DNA from: Rhizaria sp. SCN 62-66
Lineage: Eukaryota
Direction of reading: 5' to 3'
Assembly (NCBI GenBank): GCA_001724265.1
Contig: MEDY01000055.1
Span: 1-64,000 of the forward strand
DNA length: 64,000 nucleotides
This document shows positions 12,051 to 23,424 of the stretch, piece by piece. Under the pieces are notes generated by a model that ran no database searches, had not been told where the DNA came from, and saw only the letters and a program-made list of their open reading frames with translations. The position numbers and the translations under genes were made by a program. The number at the start of each line of letters is the position of its first letter. Positions within the stretch are counted from its first letter, which is position 1.

Positions 12051-12510
12051 TTCTGATTTGTCCCAAATAGCTCTCTGTGCCGCTTTTGTCAACTTTTCCC
12101 AACGCCCCCAGTCGCCCCATGACTCGGTCGAACTCCTCGGTCCAACCTCGTCCAGTCGGTCAGAGTCAGACTGGCCAGTCCACTCCAGTCAAACTTAATT
12201 AGGCCGCTCGGTTCTCAAAAAAGCGCTGTGGCCACACAGCACTGCCCTCTCGAGCTTTTTGTTTAATTCACCCTGCTCGTATTTCTTCGTAAGTTGACGT
12301 AGAATCCAACCAAAAGACATGTCACTACTGTTAATATATAAATTTATTGTTTTTATTTCGCACTGTGGCTTGCTTGTGCCTACGACGACCCTGGCTCATG
12401 TCCCCTTTTGCTCCCCCTTTGGTCTTAAACCTGTCTCCTGCCTCTCTCGCTCGCTCCCGCCCCGACAGTGTGTTGTGGTGGTGAATCAGCCGCGCCAGGA
12501 GACGTGTGCG

Positions 12511-13338
12511 ATGATACCCGTCACAATGCGTGGTCTGTACCACGCTTCTAGCCCACCGCGCCCCCCTGGGGGCCGCGGACTGCGGGCCCTGGCGACTGTG
12601 TTGCTCTCAACAGCAGCCGCCGTCCTTCTCCTCTGTTCCGCTCCTGCCCTCGCTGGCGGCGGCGTCGCGACGGTCTCGGTACCTGCCGGGTCGCTGCTCA
12701 CGCGCCTCCACGACGGCATCGCGACTCTCCGCCCCGAGGCTGCATCTGATGACACCACGTCATTGTCTGCTTCTGCTTCAGCTTCGCCAGTGTCAGCGCT
12801 GCCCTGCGAACCCTTCACGGTCACGCAGCACACCGTCTCGCTCTCTGGCGCCGCCCCTTCCGCGTCTGGGTCTGCTGCGGCCGTAGCTGCTCCGTTGTCT
12901 ACGGCCGCGTACCGCGTCGGCGTCGCGCTCGCGCCCCACCGCGCCTGGCTCCGCGCCGCGCACGCCGCCGCCTTCGCCTTCGAGGCCGCCGCGGGCCTCA
13001 GCGACGCTGGCGACACCGCCGGCGCTGCGCCCGACGCGTACGCCGCCTTCCGTCTCTCGTTTATCTGCCCCGCGCCGTCCGCGGCCGTTGTTGCCGCGAC
13101 TATGGCTGCGAAGAACGCAACCGCTGCTGCCACTGTGGTGGTGGCGGCCTGGGAGCGGCCCGTGGTGCTCGACGCCGCCGACGCCGCCGACGTGGCCGCG
13201 GAGGACTTCGCCGACGGCTGGAGCCTCAGCAGCTTCGGCACCGCGGCCGAGACGTCTGGTGCGCTGGCGCTTGACGCGCTGGCGCTGGCGCCGGTGCTGC
13301 TGCGCGCCGGTGGCATGTTGTCCACTAACACCGCTGAC

Positions 13339-13407
<69 letters not shown>

Positions 13408-16239
13408 GACAACAATGATAGTAGTGTGGCTGCGGCGGAGCAGCGCACGCTGGCCCGTCTGCGCGGCCTCGAGCTCTTTAGCTCCCCGCTGCATCTGGAG
13501 GCGCACGCGCCCGATCAGCTCGGCCACAAGGACCCCGACCTCACGGTCATCGTGCCCACAGTCTCGGGCACTGCCACTACCACTAGCGCTGCGCAGAACG
13601 CCGCTGCCGCCGCCGCCGCCGCCGCTGCCGCTGCTGTTACTGCGCACTGCGGCTGCTCGCTGACTCTCGCAGTCACCGTCACCGATACACGCGCCGGTGC
13701 CAGTTCCGCTGTCCGTGCTGCTGCCGTCAGTGCCGCTGCGGCTGCGCACCTCGCGCCCCTGTCGGCGCTGCGCTTCCAGCTGAAGCCGCTGGTGCCGCGC
13801 CAGTACGTGTCGTTTGACATGCCCGAGCTGCGCCGGGTGATCCACGACCGCGCCGCCGCCGACCTCGACGCCACCGTCGCCGCGGCCGCGCCGGACTCGG
13901 CCGCACCGGCCCACGGTCGCTCTGTGGCGCCCGGAACTGAGAGGAACCAGACTGCCGCGGTCGCGGCCGTGTTTAACGCGGCTGCCGACAAGACCTCGGA
14001 CACGACTGGCGCCGACAGTGATCACGTCAGTGGGTCTGCTGCCGGTGACGACATCCTTGATTTCGCGACGAGCGGCGATGCCGGCAGCGGCGGCCGCCCG
14101 ATGCTGCAGCGGCCCAAGCCCGCCCCCGCAGCGAAGCCCGCCGGCGCCAAGACGTCCGTGTCGGGCGTGACGCTGACGGCTGAGGATAGCCAGTTCTCCA
14201 TCTTCGTGTCGAGCAACATCGACATCGCCTCCCACGTCTCGTTCGCCGAGACTGGCATCAGGCTGCCCGCGACCGAGACGGACAAGGCGCTTGAGACGGG
14301 CTTCGCGCTCTTCCGCGCGCGCCAGCGCTCGCACATTGCGCACGCGCTGCGTCGCGCGGGCGACGCCAACCCAGAAGCGACGCTCGCGCTCAGCCGCGGC
14401 ACCGGCGCCGCCTCCCGCGCTGCGAGCCGCTCGGCCGACAGTCCGTCGTACCCGTCACTTGCGACCTTCCGCCCCCGCGACGCGCGCGGCCGCCCCGTCG
14501 TCTTCTCGCCGGCCGACGGCAAGGGCGGCGCGGGCGTTGAGTCTGAGGTGGCCTTCCTGGAGACGCGCGCCGAGGTCTTCTCGCGGCAGCGGCAGACGTT
14601 CGCGCTCTCGGCGGGGTGGATCATGGCCGCGCTCATGGACGGCATGTGTCCCAACGCCGTGTCGCGCGCCGCGCGCAAGACGCAGGACATCCACGAGAAC
14701 TACGTCGTGCCCGACACAGTTGATATTCTCGCCGGTTCGGAGGACAAAGGTGGCGACGACCCCGACGACGCCTGCTCGCCCACCAACCGCGCTGTTGAGG
14801 TACGCATATTAAGATCTCAATATCAAGTAGATGGCTGAGACATATTATGTTCTTGCTATTTTATCTTTCCATTATTTTTTTAAATTGGTATTTCATGCTC
14901 TATTTTAACCCTCATTGGCTCACATCTTCTTTCATTTCTACTGTCTTTTGTTACATTCGTATTATTTGCGTAGGCCGAGCTCAAGGGCATGGAGGACAGC
15001 GGCGCCGTCTTCTGGCAGGACTCCGCTATCGTCACGCCCACCTCCGCCGCGGCTTCCGCGGTCGCCGGCGCCGCCGCCGGCTCCCTGCTCTCGGAGCACC
15101 AGCGCAGCGGCCGGCAGTCTGACGGCACCGAGGAGTACGCCAACGACGAGGCGCTGCTGGCCGCGCTGGGCGGCAGCTTTGCCGAGTTGGACGCCGCTGT
15201 GGAGCACGCCTCGATCGGCATGGCGCTCGCGGGCTCCCCGGCCAGCGAGGGCTTCTCCGCGCGCGCGCGCGCGCGGGCCATGGTGCGCGCGCGCGTCGCT
15301 GAGCTCACCGGCGCGCGCAACAGCGCTGCCGGCGGCACCAGTCTGCTCGAGACGGGCGCGCACGCGCGGTCGCGTTACGGCATGGGCCTCGGCGCCGGCA
15401 CCGGTGTCACTGATGGCGGCGGCGGGCCGCCCGCGCCGAAGGAGTGCCCGCAGAAGGCGCCGCCGCAGGTGGACCGCGGTGAAGGCAACGACGGGCCGGG
15501 TATGCTGGCGATCCAGATGTCGCGCAACCTGATCGACATCGTGCCGATGATCGTCAAGACGATGGGCGAGCAGGCCGCGGCGGCCATCGCGACGGACCTG
15601 CACGCCACCATCACCGAGCGTATCGACAACAAGGTGACGGACCGGACGTCCAAGGCCACGATCCAGAACCTCGTCGACTCGCTGCAGGTGACTGTGCCGT
15701 TCATCGTCAACGCGGCGCTGATCCGCCTGCTGCCGGCATACCTGCTGCGCTCGCTGACGCACGTGGTGACTCGGACCGCGACTCTCGGGCTGACCCACGC
15801 CATCACGGCCACGCTCGCTCGATCTATGTCGACGTCGCCGCAGCACGAGGGCGCGTGCTACATGTGCGCGTACTTTGCCAAGCAGTGCGAGGTGTGCTTT
15901 GCCAACGACCCCGACCGCACGCTCGAACACGTCCGCTCCTACTACTCGCGCTACTTCGCGGCCTTCTACGGCGATTACTACGCAGAGATGTACGTCAACA
16001 ACCCGCCATGGAACTCCGAGGGCAGCTTCACGAACGACGGATCGCCTAACCAGGGCGCGTACACGCCCAATCCCGAGGAGTACGGCGCGGCGTCGCCCGA
16101 GTTCGACCCCGCGACGTTCGCCACGCAGGACACGCCGCCGGACTTCTTCCCCACGCCGGAGGTGGCCAAGGCCGCGCAGGAGAAGCAGGCCAAGCTGCTC
16201 CAGGCCCAGCTCGCCACGCAGCAGCAGCAGGCGCCGTGA
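12511..16239 (+). CDS. Large secreted protein with S-F/L-x-E motifs and a C-terminal Thr/Leu-rich helix + CxxC...CxxC + Tyr-rich domain; exons ~12511-14799, 14974-16239
   Basis: Hydrophobic signal 'ALATVLLSTAAAVLLLCSAPALA'; phase-0 GTACGC...TAG intron; C-terminal 'CYMCAYFAKQCEVC...YYSRYFAAFYGDYY'. Ends in TGA. Start codon (12511 or 12526) uncertain. Confidence 0.7.
13340..13398 (+). repeat. (AGC)n trinucleotide tract encoding poly-Ser
   Basis: About 19 tandem AGC units inside the CDS. Confidence 0.9.
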
Positions 16240-17019
16240 GGGCGCGCACGACGCGTGAGTGGGTGAGTGAGTGAATGGACGGGGGAGCAGGCCGCATGGC
16301 TCTGTGGTAATGTGCGAGTGCGAGTGCGAGCGCACGAGAGAAGATTTCAATGCAGTTTTGGTGCATGCATGAAGGCAGGCCAACAATGCATATACATGTA
16401 CAAGAACGATATCGTCTTGGTACAGCTTATTAGAACATCTATAATACATAACAAAAAGCATTTAATCACGATTCTAGGGAACATTTTTCCAAGTATCATT
16501 GGATTTCGCCGCTGTTGCCGCCCAGAGAGATGTTTTGTTTTGTTTTGATTTTGATATTTGTTGTATTGAATTGTTTTTGTCATCAGTGTTTTGTTAAACA
16601 ACACTGATTCAACGTAAAAATATGTCTTGACTAACAGTAAACTTCAGCATATCCATCCATAATAATGCCTTTTTTTTGTTTGTTTGTTTGTAGTGTTTAA
16701 CCGAAATCGAATGCTTGTCGTCTGTCGACGACAACCACACGTTTCCATCCAAATAACCCGTAACACACATACTCACATTCTAAAACCCCAACCATACACT
16801 TACACAACCATTGCATCTGTTCGCGCCCGCTCCGTACATTTTCTGTTGAAAGAAAAAAATAATATGTAATTCGTACGCGCGTCGTGAGACACCAGTCTGC
16901 ACCTCCGACCAACCCTACCGATCATCACAAGAACATCATCAACAACCTCCACCTTCCATTCCGTCTGTTCCAGAAAAACTCAACTTAAGTGTACACTTTT
17001 GGCACTTTTGGCACTTACT

Positions 17020-20000
17020 TTAGTTGAGGATCTCGAACGCGGGGCCCGGTCCCTCCTCCCAGGGGTTGTGGGGGAACTGGCGCAGCACGAAGACGGAGGG
17101 GCACATGTCGCAGCACGGCGCCTGCTTCTTGTCGGGGCGCGGCACGAAGGGCACGTTGACGTGGTTGACGTTGGTGCTGAGGTCGACACCGCGCCACGCG
17201 GGGGTGGGCGGCATCGTCTGCGTGCGCTTGCGCTCCAGCTTGGTCAGCCAGTCGCTCAGCGCGGCCTGGGCAGAGATGGTCGAGTTCTGCTTCTCGCTGC
17301 GGAGCCAGATGTCCATGCGGGCGAGGCGGGCGTTGAAGCCCTTGCCCTTCGGCGGGTCGACCTTCTTGACCTCGGTGCCGTTGACGCAGTTAGGCTTGGT
17401 GCTGTTGATGTACTTCTCGATCATCTGGCGCTGCACGATCATCTCGGCGCGCTTCTCGATCGGCAGAGCCTTCGGGTCGTCGGGGAACGGCTCACCCTGC
17501 ACCTTGGCCTTAGCACCAGCAGTCGCGGTGGCGGTGGTGGTGGCAGAGGTCTCGAGGAGGGAGACGGACTCGGGGAAGTCGCGCTGGATGGCGCGGGCGA
17601 CCTTGGCGGCGCGGAGCAGAGAGGCCGACACGGGGACGTCCTCGGCAGTGGCCGCGAGCGAGGGGAACGCGGGGGTGTCGAGCGCGCCGTCGAGCAGCGA
17701 CTCGAGCGAGGCCGTCGCGGTGGGCTTGTGCTTGCGCGCGAGGGCGTCGATCTCGGCCGCCGACATGGAGGGCAGCGCATCATCGCGGAGCACCAGCGTG
17801 AGGCTCTCCTCGATGAACGAGTAGAGGTTGTCCTCGGAGCGCGACAGGAACTGCGCGTCGAGCTCGAGGAACGAGGCCGGGGTCACGTTGGTCGCGCCGT
17901 CAGCGCCATCGGGGGAGTTGGCGGAGGACACGGCGGTGGAGCCGGACTTGTCGAAGATGCCGCGGACGTGCTTGAAAGGGCAGATAGTGCAGCACTGCTC
18001 GTCGTCGTTGTCCTGGTCGTCGAGCCTCTTGATGCTCATCTCAGACGGCAGCGGCGAGTTCGAACGGCGGTTGTACATCGGGTTGGCGACACGCGCAGCC
18101 CACGAGTTGGCGCGCTCGACGGCGCCGCGGCGCTTGAACTTCTGGCCGTCCTCGCGGCCAGTGCTAAGCTTGGTCGCGATTCCGATCTCGTAGGGGTCCT
18201 TGGTGTGGGGCAGCGGCGGGTTGTCGGACAGGCGCTCGACGATGCTCTTCTCGCGCTCGGGCGTGGGCACGAACTTGGGCTCGGGGTCCTTCTGCGGGTT
18301 GTGGTCGCACGGGATGCAGCACTCAGGGACGTGGATCTCGTCCAGCGGCGTGGGCGTGAATAGCGACGACGTGTCCTGCACGATGACCTCGGTCGCCACC
18401 TTGAGCTCCTGCTTCGAGCTGCCCTGCTCGCCGATGACCGACACACCGGGCTGGTCAGACTCCTTGCTCTCGACCAGCGAGTACGCCTTGTTGAACGCGG
18501 ACGTGTAGCGCGAGTCGTGCTCGGCCTGCAGCTGCGCCGCCGTCTTGACGGGAAACTTGGCGGCCGCGCTGCCGGCGCGCGGGGTGGGACCAGAGCCGGA
18601 CTCGAGCAGGGCGAGGCGGGAGTGCTCCTCGGCCGCGCGGGCCTCGGCGTGCGGGCGGACGGCCTCGGCGAACTGGACGTCGAACGCGGCCTCGACCGAC
18701 TTGAGGTCGGCGTTGGTGCGCGCGGCGTAGTTCTCGAACAGAGTCGCCGAGAAGGACTTGGGCTCACTGGTGCGGGCAGTCACGGCCGTGGAGAGCTCGA
18801 CGAACGAGAGGTCGATGATGTCCTTGTTCGTGGGCGTGTCATCGCCGGCGATGTTGGCGGCCCGGATGTCAGGCGAGGGCACGACGCGCTGGCGCGTGGC
18901 GAGCGCGGAACGGATGCACTCGGCGCGGCGCTGGCGGTCACTGATCCACTCGGGGTGAGCGCACTTGGGGTCGACAGGGAAGGCGTTGGCAGACGCGGCG
19001 GGCACCCAGCGCGCCTCGGGCAGAGGGTTGCTCTGCGACTTGCACGTGGGGCAGCACTTGGGGAGGCCGTAGCGGCCCTTAGAGAGGAGCCAGCGGACGT
19101 ACTGGTCGATGTAAATCTCGCAGCCCGTGCCAGTCCATCCGGGGTCGCAGATGCACTCGTAGGGGTGGATGTACGCAGTGCCAGAGGGCGAGAGGAGGGA
19201 CTTGCCGGTGTTCTGGACGCACTTGCCGCGCGCCGAGCACTGGTTGGGGCAGCGCGCAGGGACGTCGTTGATGACCTTGTTGGGCACACTGGCGATGCTC
19301 GTCATCGAGGCCTTAGCCGGGACAGTCTCGTTTGCGGGGGCCTGCACAGTGGAGTTGGTCTTGTTCATGCCGGCGACGATGGCCATAACGTCGGGACTGT
19401 CGTCGTAGGCGGCCACGGGGTCGACGATGGGGACGCCACCGGCGATGTCCATGGCCATGATGTCACCGGGCTTGAACTCGGGCCCCGGCTTGAGGCGGAG
19501 CACGTGCTCCAGCACGTCCTTGTTGCCGATCGCCTCGACCGTCAGCGTCGTGGGGTAGTAGTCGTCGTCCACGGGCTTCTTCAGCGGGTCAGGATCGTTG
19601 GGGTCGTAGCGCGCCTTGCCCTTGGCGCCGGCCTTGGAGCTCGCGCTCGCGCCGGACTCAAGGAACGAGCGGGGCGTCTCGATCTTGCCGAGGATCTTGC
19701 CGAACATCTCGGAGAAGTGCGCTGCGTGCGCAGAGTCGCCGTGCTGGGCCGAGAAGGCGCCCACGATGACCTGGCGCAGCAGCGGCTCGAAGTGCGTGCC
19801 CGTCAGCACGGCGGCCTGGAAAGTGCCGTCGGTGAGCGGGAGCAGTCCGGTCTCGATCCACAGGCGCTGCACGCGCTTCTGGGCCAGCTCGTCGAGCGCG
19901 TCGGGCGCGTTGGGGCGGCCGGCGATCTCCATCATCGGCAGGCAGCCGCCGACGGCGTCGAGGTAGCCCTTGAGCCAGGTCGACGACAAGATCTCGCACT

Positions 20001-23000
20001 CGAGCACGGCGAGCGTCTTAGACATCATGTCGTGCGACGCCTGCGTGAGCGCACGCAGACCGGTCGCGCCGCCGACACCGGAGACGAAGCCGTTGATGCG
20101 GGCCGACGCGAGCGGGGTGCCGAGGCGCTCGGCGACGAAGGCGGCGACGTCCTCGTCGCGGCCCTCGGAGGCGGCCACCATGAGGCCCTGCAGACCGCCC
20201 AGGCGCACGAGCTCCTGCGCCAGCGGCGAGCTGGCCAGCGGGTTGCGCGCCGCGAGCAGCGCGCGGTCGAGGATGCGCTTGAAGGCGGGCGCCGTGAGCT
20301 TCTCCTTGAGAGATACCATGAAGCTGGCGGTCGAGGCCACGGCCGCGGTGGCGGCGTGGTCCTCGCAGTGGCCTAGCGCGGCCTGCGCGGTGGCGCCGTA
20401 CATGTCGGTGATGAGGTACGCCTCGAGCGCGTTGGGATCCTGCGCGACCGACGCGAAGACGTTGTTCAGGCCGCCAAGGTAGCGGAAGCGCTCAGCGATG
20501 GGCTGCGAAGCAGTGAGCTTCGCGAGGCGGGTCAGCAGCGCGGGGTCGTGGCGGGCGAGCGCGGCGAAACCACCGAACTTGGAGGCGAAGGGCGCGATGG
20601 CGGACTTGGCAACCTCAGCGGAGAAGCGGCCGGTGTAGACGTCATTGACGCGGCGGCGGCAGGCCTCGACGTAGGTGGACTCGCGCTCAGAGCGGCGCTC
20701 GCACGCCTCGACGGCGGGCAGCAGCGCGAGCTTATTCATCGTCCACACGAAGTTCTGCAGCGCGGCGAGCGACGTGCGGGCTGCGGCAGCGAGCGCGGGG
20801 ACGCCGCCCATGGGCGCAAGCATCGTGGCCAGCGGGGAGCCGGCGACGCGCTCGTCGAGCGCGAACACGCGGTTCCATGGGACGCCCGCGAGCGCGGTGA
20901 GCGTGCCCGAGGCGGTCGAGACGTTGGCGGTGACGGCGGCGGTGGACGCCGTGTCGAGCACGGAGAACTCGCCGAGCAGAGGCGCCAGTGGCGTCTGCGG
21001 GATCGTGCCGAGGAACTCGTACGTGGCGCGGCGCACCACGCGCTGGCGGCACACGGCGCGGCGCTGCTCGGCGGGCGAGCCCAGCGCGGCGGCGCAGCGG
21101 TCGGCCACGGGCGCGAGCTTGGGCGAGAAGGCGGTCCACAGCAGCGCGTGCAGCGGGCCGGGGCCCTCGAGCACGGCGGTGAAGGCGGCCGAGAGCCCGC
21201 CGTGGGGCGCGAGCAGCTGGCCGGCCTCGGAGCCGGCGAAGAGCAGTGCGGCCTTGCCCTCCAGGTCCTTGTTGGAGCGCAGCGCCGTAGCGAGGCCGAG
21301 CAGCGAGCCGTAGTGCGTGTAGAGGTGGCCGATGCGCGAGGCCGCGAGCGCCTGCTCGAAGAGCTTGACGGCGTACGACGGCAGCGACGCGCGGCCCCAG
21401 CGGGTGACGACCTCGCAGCCCTGCTTGTCGAGAGCGGCCGCATCAGACAGCACGGCGCCGCTGCGCTGGCCGCAACGGTCCAGCGCGAGCTCGACCTTGC
21501 CACCGCCCATCTGCATCACCAGCGCTTGGACCTTGGCCCACGTGTCGGCGTTGCCGGCGGGCGCCTTGAAGGCCTCAACGACGGCCTTGAGGCCACCGAC
21601 GCGGGCCAGCGCGGCGCCGATGTGCGTGTTGGCGAGCTTGGCGTCCAGCGCGGCGGGGTCGTACTTGCCCGCGGCGCCAGCGGCGAGGAAGGTGCGGACA
21701 GTGCTGCCGTGCGTGTTGAACTCGGCCGCGATGGGCGACTTGGCCAGCGCGGTGGCGAGCTTGCGGATCGACAGCGAGCGGAAGCGCATCAGGCAGATGT
21801 CCTTCTGTGCGGCCGACAGCTCAGCCTCGGCGGCGGACGACGCGGCGGAGTTGGACGCCGAATCGGCGGCTACGGAGGCGTCGAGCGTGGAGCGCACCGA
21901 GGAGGCGACTTCGCTGAGCGCCGAGAGCTCGGCCTCGCGGACCGCGGAGAAGCGTGCGCGCAGGGGAGCCGGGAACGCGGTGGACGGGCAGGCGTGCTGC
22001 GTGGCGCCAATGGAGGCGGCGATCTCGGCGCGCGTGACGGCGCGGGCGAGCACGGAGACGGGCATGACCTCGGCGTCGGCGGCCGCGGCCCAGGGGTCGG
22101 AGAAGTACACGGGGCCCGCGACGGGGACGGCGTCGCGCACGAGCGTCTCCTGCACCAGCGCGTCGTTGTAGAAGAGCTGGAGGTTGCCGTCGCGGTGGGT
22201 CACGGTGACGAAGGTGCACTCGTTGACGGGGAGCGCGTTGGAGCAGGCGATGCCGCCCTTGGTACCGTTGCGGCCGTCGACGGTGATGGCGAGCCCGGGC
22301 ACGCCGCGCGCGTCGGCGCAGGCCGAGATCGCGGGAGCGGCGACGGTGCTGCTGGCGCCGTGGCGCAGCAAGTTGCCGCCCAGGCGCGCGAAGTCAGCGC
22401 CGGGCTTGAGCCAGAACTGGTACGTGTAGTGCTTCGAGGCCGGGAAGGTCTGCGTGAGCGCAGTGTCGCGCGCGAGCTTGCCCAGCGCGGTCCACATGCG
22501 CGGCGGCACGTACTGGCCGCCGTCGCCGCCGGCGCAGTGCGAGGCCTTCTCAAGCAGCTTGGGGCCGAAGAGCGCCCAGGAGATGGACTCGAGCCCGTGC
22601 GCGCCCTGCTGCAGGTCGGCCAGGATGCGGGAGAAGCCGCCGACGCGGGCCATCAGCGCGCCCAGGCGCGACGAGGCGACGATGCTGCTGAGGCGGCCCG
22701 TGAAGGCGGCGTCGCGCGCGGCGAGCCCGTGGAGGCCGCCGTACTGGACGGCGAAGGCGCCGATGGGCGACGCGCGGACAGTGTTGGTGAAGAGCTTGAT
22801 GGCGAGGAGCTTGAGCCCGGCCTCGCCCGTGGTGTCGTACGCGTTGCAGGCCTCGCGCTGGAGCGGCGTGGTGGTGAGGCGGTAGGACACGACACAGGAC
22901 TCGACGGCGAGCTTGGCGTTGTCGCCGCCGAGCTCGAGGAAGGCGAGCAGGGCCTCAGCCGAGGGCGCGGGGCCCACGGTGACGGGGCCGACCTTCTTGA

Positions 23001-23424
23001 CGAGGTCGGCGAGCCCGTCAACGACGCTGCCGGAGCCAAGGTTGGCGAGCAGCTGCGCGAGGTGGGGCGCGTGCGTCTGGATCATGGCCGCGTTGTTGGC
23101 GATCATGGCGGGCACGAGCTGCAGGGACTGGAGCCAGCGGGTGACACCGACCTGCGAGACAAGGTAGCCGATGGGGCGCGGCAGCGGCGACAGCTGCTCC
23201 TTGACGAAGTCACGCATCTTGAGCGCCGCACGACGGCGGCAGGCGCGCTTGGCGAAGCCCAGCGACGCGGGGGTCTGGAGAGCAGCCTCAATCCGGGAGG
23301 ACATCGCAGCGTTGGCATCCATGGTCGTGGACGCCAACGCAGCACCACCTGCGGCCAGAGCTCCGCAGGTGATGAACTGCACAAGGAACCCCACGACGAC
23401 AGCGAGTGTCGTAAGGGACCTCAT
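17020..23424 (-). CDS. Giant (~2,130 aa) intronless secreted protein: Cys-bounded helical repeats, LamG/concanavalin-like domain, EGF-like domain, CCxxC motifs
   Basis: Signal peptide 'MRSLTTLAVVVGFLVQFITCGALA'; LamG-like 'YTYQFWLKP...LPVNECTFVTVTHRDGNLQLFYND'; EGF 'CPNQCSARGKC...CICDPGWTGTGC'. Ends in TAA. Confidence 0.8.
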   Translation of the reverse strand: MRSLTTLAVVVGFLVQFITCGALAAGGAALASTTMDANAAMSSRIEAALQTPASLGFAKRACRRRAALKMRDFVKEQLSPLPRPIGYLVSQVGVTRWLQSLQLVPAMIANNAAMIQTHAPHLAQLLANLGSGSVVDGLADLVKKVGPVTVGPAPSAEALLAFLELGGDNAKLAVESCVVSYRLTTTPLQREACNAYDTTGEAGLKLLAIKLFTNTVRASPIGAFAVQYGGLHGLAARDAAFTGRLSSIVASSRLGALMARVGGFSRILADLQQGAHGLESISWALFGPKLLEKASHCAGGDGGQYVPPRMWTALGKLARDTALTQTFPASKHYTYQFWLKPGADFARLGGNLLRHGASSTVAAPAISACADARGVPGLAITVDGRNGTKGGIACSNALPVNECTFVTVTHRDGNLQLFYNDALVQETLVRDAVPVAGPVYFSDPWAAAADAEVMPVSVLARAVTRAEIAASIGATQHACPSTAFPAPLRARFSAVREAELSALSEVASSVRSTLDASVAADSASNSAASSAAEAELSAAQKDICLMRFRSLSIRKLATALAKSPIAAEFNTHGSTVRTFLAAGAAGKYDPAALDAKLANTHIGAALARVGGLKAVVEAFKAPAGNADTWAKVQALVMQMGGGKVELALDRCGQRSGAVLSDAAALDKQGCEVVTRWGRASLPSYAVKLFEQALAASRIGHLYTHYGSLLGLATALRSNKDLEGKAALLFAGSEAGQLLAPHGGLSAAFTAVLEGPGPLHALLWTAFSPKLAPVADRCAAALGSPAEQRRAVCRQRVVRRATYEFLGTIPQTPLAPLLGEFSVLDTASTAAVTANVSTASGTLTALAGVPWNRVFALDERVAGSPLATMLAPMGGVPALAAAARTSLAALQNFVWTMNKLALLPAVEACERRSERESTYVEACRRRVNDVYTGRFSAEVAKSAIAPFASKFGGFAALARHDPALLTRLAKLTASQPIAERFRYLGGLNNVFASVAQDPNALEAYLITDMYGATAQAALGHCEDHAATAAVASTASFMVSLKEKLTAPAFKRILDRALLAARNPLASSPLAQELVRLGGLQGLMVAASEGRDEDVAAFVAERLGTPLASARINGFVSGVGGATGLRALTQASHDMMSKTLAVLECEILSSTWLKGYLDAVGGCLPMMEIAGRPNAPDALDELAQKRVQRLWIETGLLPLTDGTFQAAVLTGTHFEPLLRQVIVGAFSAQHGDSAHAAHFSEMFGKILGKIETPRSFLESGASASSKAGAKGKARYDPNDPDPLKKPVDDDYYPTTLTVEAIGNKDVLEHVLRLKPGPEFKPGDIMAMDIAGGVPIVDPVAAYDDSPDVMAIVAGMNKTNSTVQAPANETVPAKASMTSIASVPNKVINDVPARCPNQCSARGKCVQNTGKSLLSPSGTAYIHPYECICDPGWTGTGCEIYIDQYVRWLLSKGRYGLPKCCPTCKSQSNPLPEARWVPAASANAFPVDPKCAHPEWISDRQRRAECIRSALATRQRVVPSPDIRAANIAGDDTPTNKDIIDLSFVELSTAVTARTSEPKSFSATLFENYAARTNADLKSVEAAFDVQFAEAVRPHAEARAAEEHSRLALLESGSGPTPRAGSAAAKFPVKTAAQLQAEHDSRYTSAFNKAYSLVESKESDQPGVSVIGEQGSSKQELKVATEVIVQDTSSLFTPTPLDEIHVPECCIPCDHNPQKDPEPKFVPTPEREKSIVERLSDNPPLPHTKDPYEIGIATKLSTGREDGQKFKRRGAVERANSWAARVANPMYNRRSNSPLPSEMSIKRLDDQDNDDEQCCTICPFKHVRGIFDKSGSTAVSSANSPDGADGATNVTPASFLELDAQFLSRSEDNLYSFIEESLTLVLRDDALPSMSAAEIDALARKHKPTATASLESLLDGALDTPAFPSLAATAEDVPVSASLLRAAKVARAIQRDFPESVSLLETSATTTATATAGAKAKVQGEPFPDDPKALPIEKRAEMIVQRQMIEKYINSTKPNCVNGTEVKKVDPPKGKGFNARLARMDIWLRSEKQNSTISAQAALSDWLTKLERKRTQTMPPTPAWRGVDLSTNVNHVNVPFVPRPDKKQAPCCDMCPSVFVLRQFPHNPWEEGPGPAFEILN

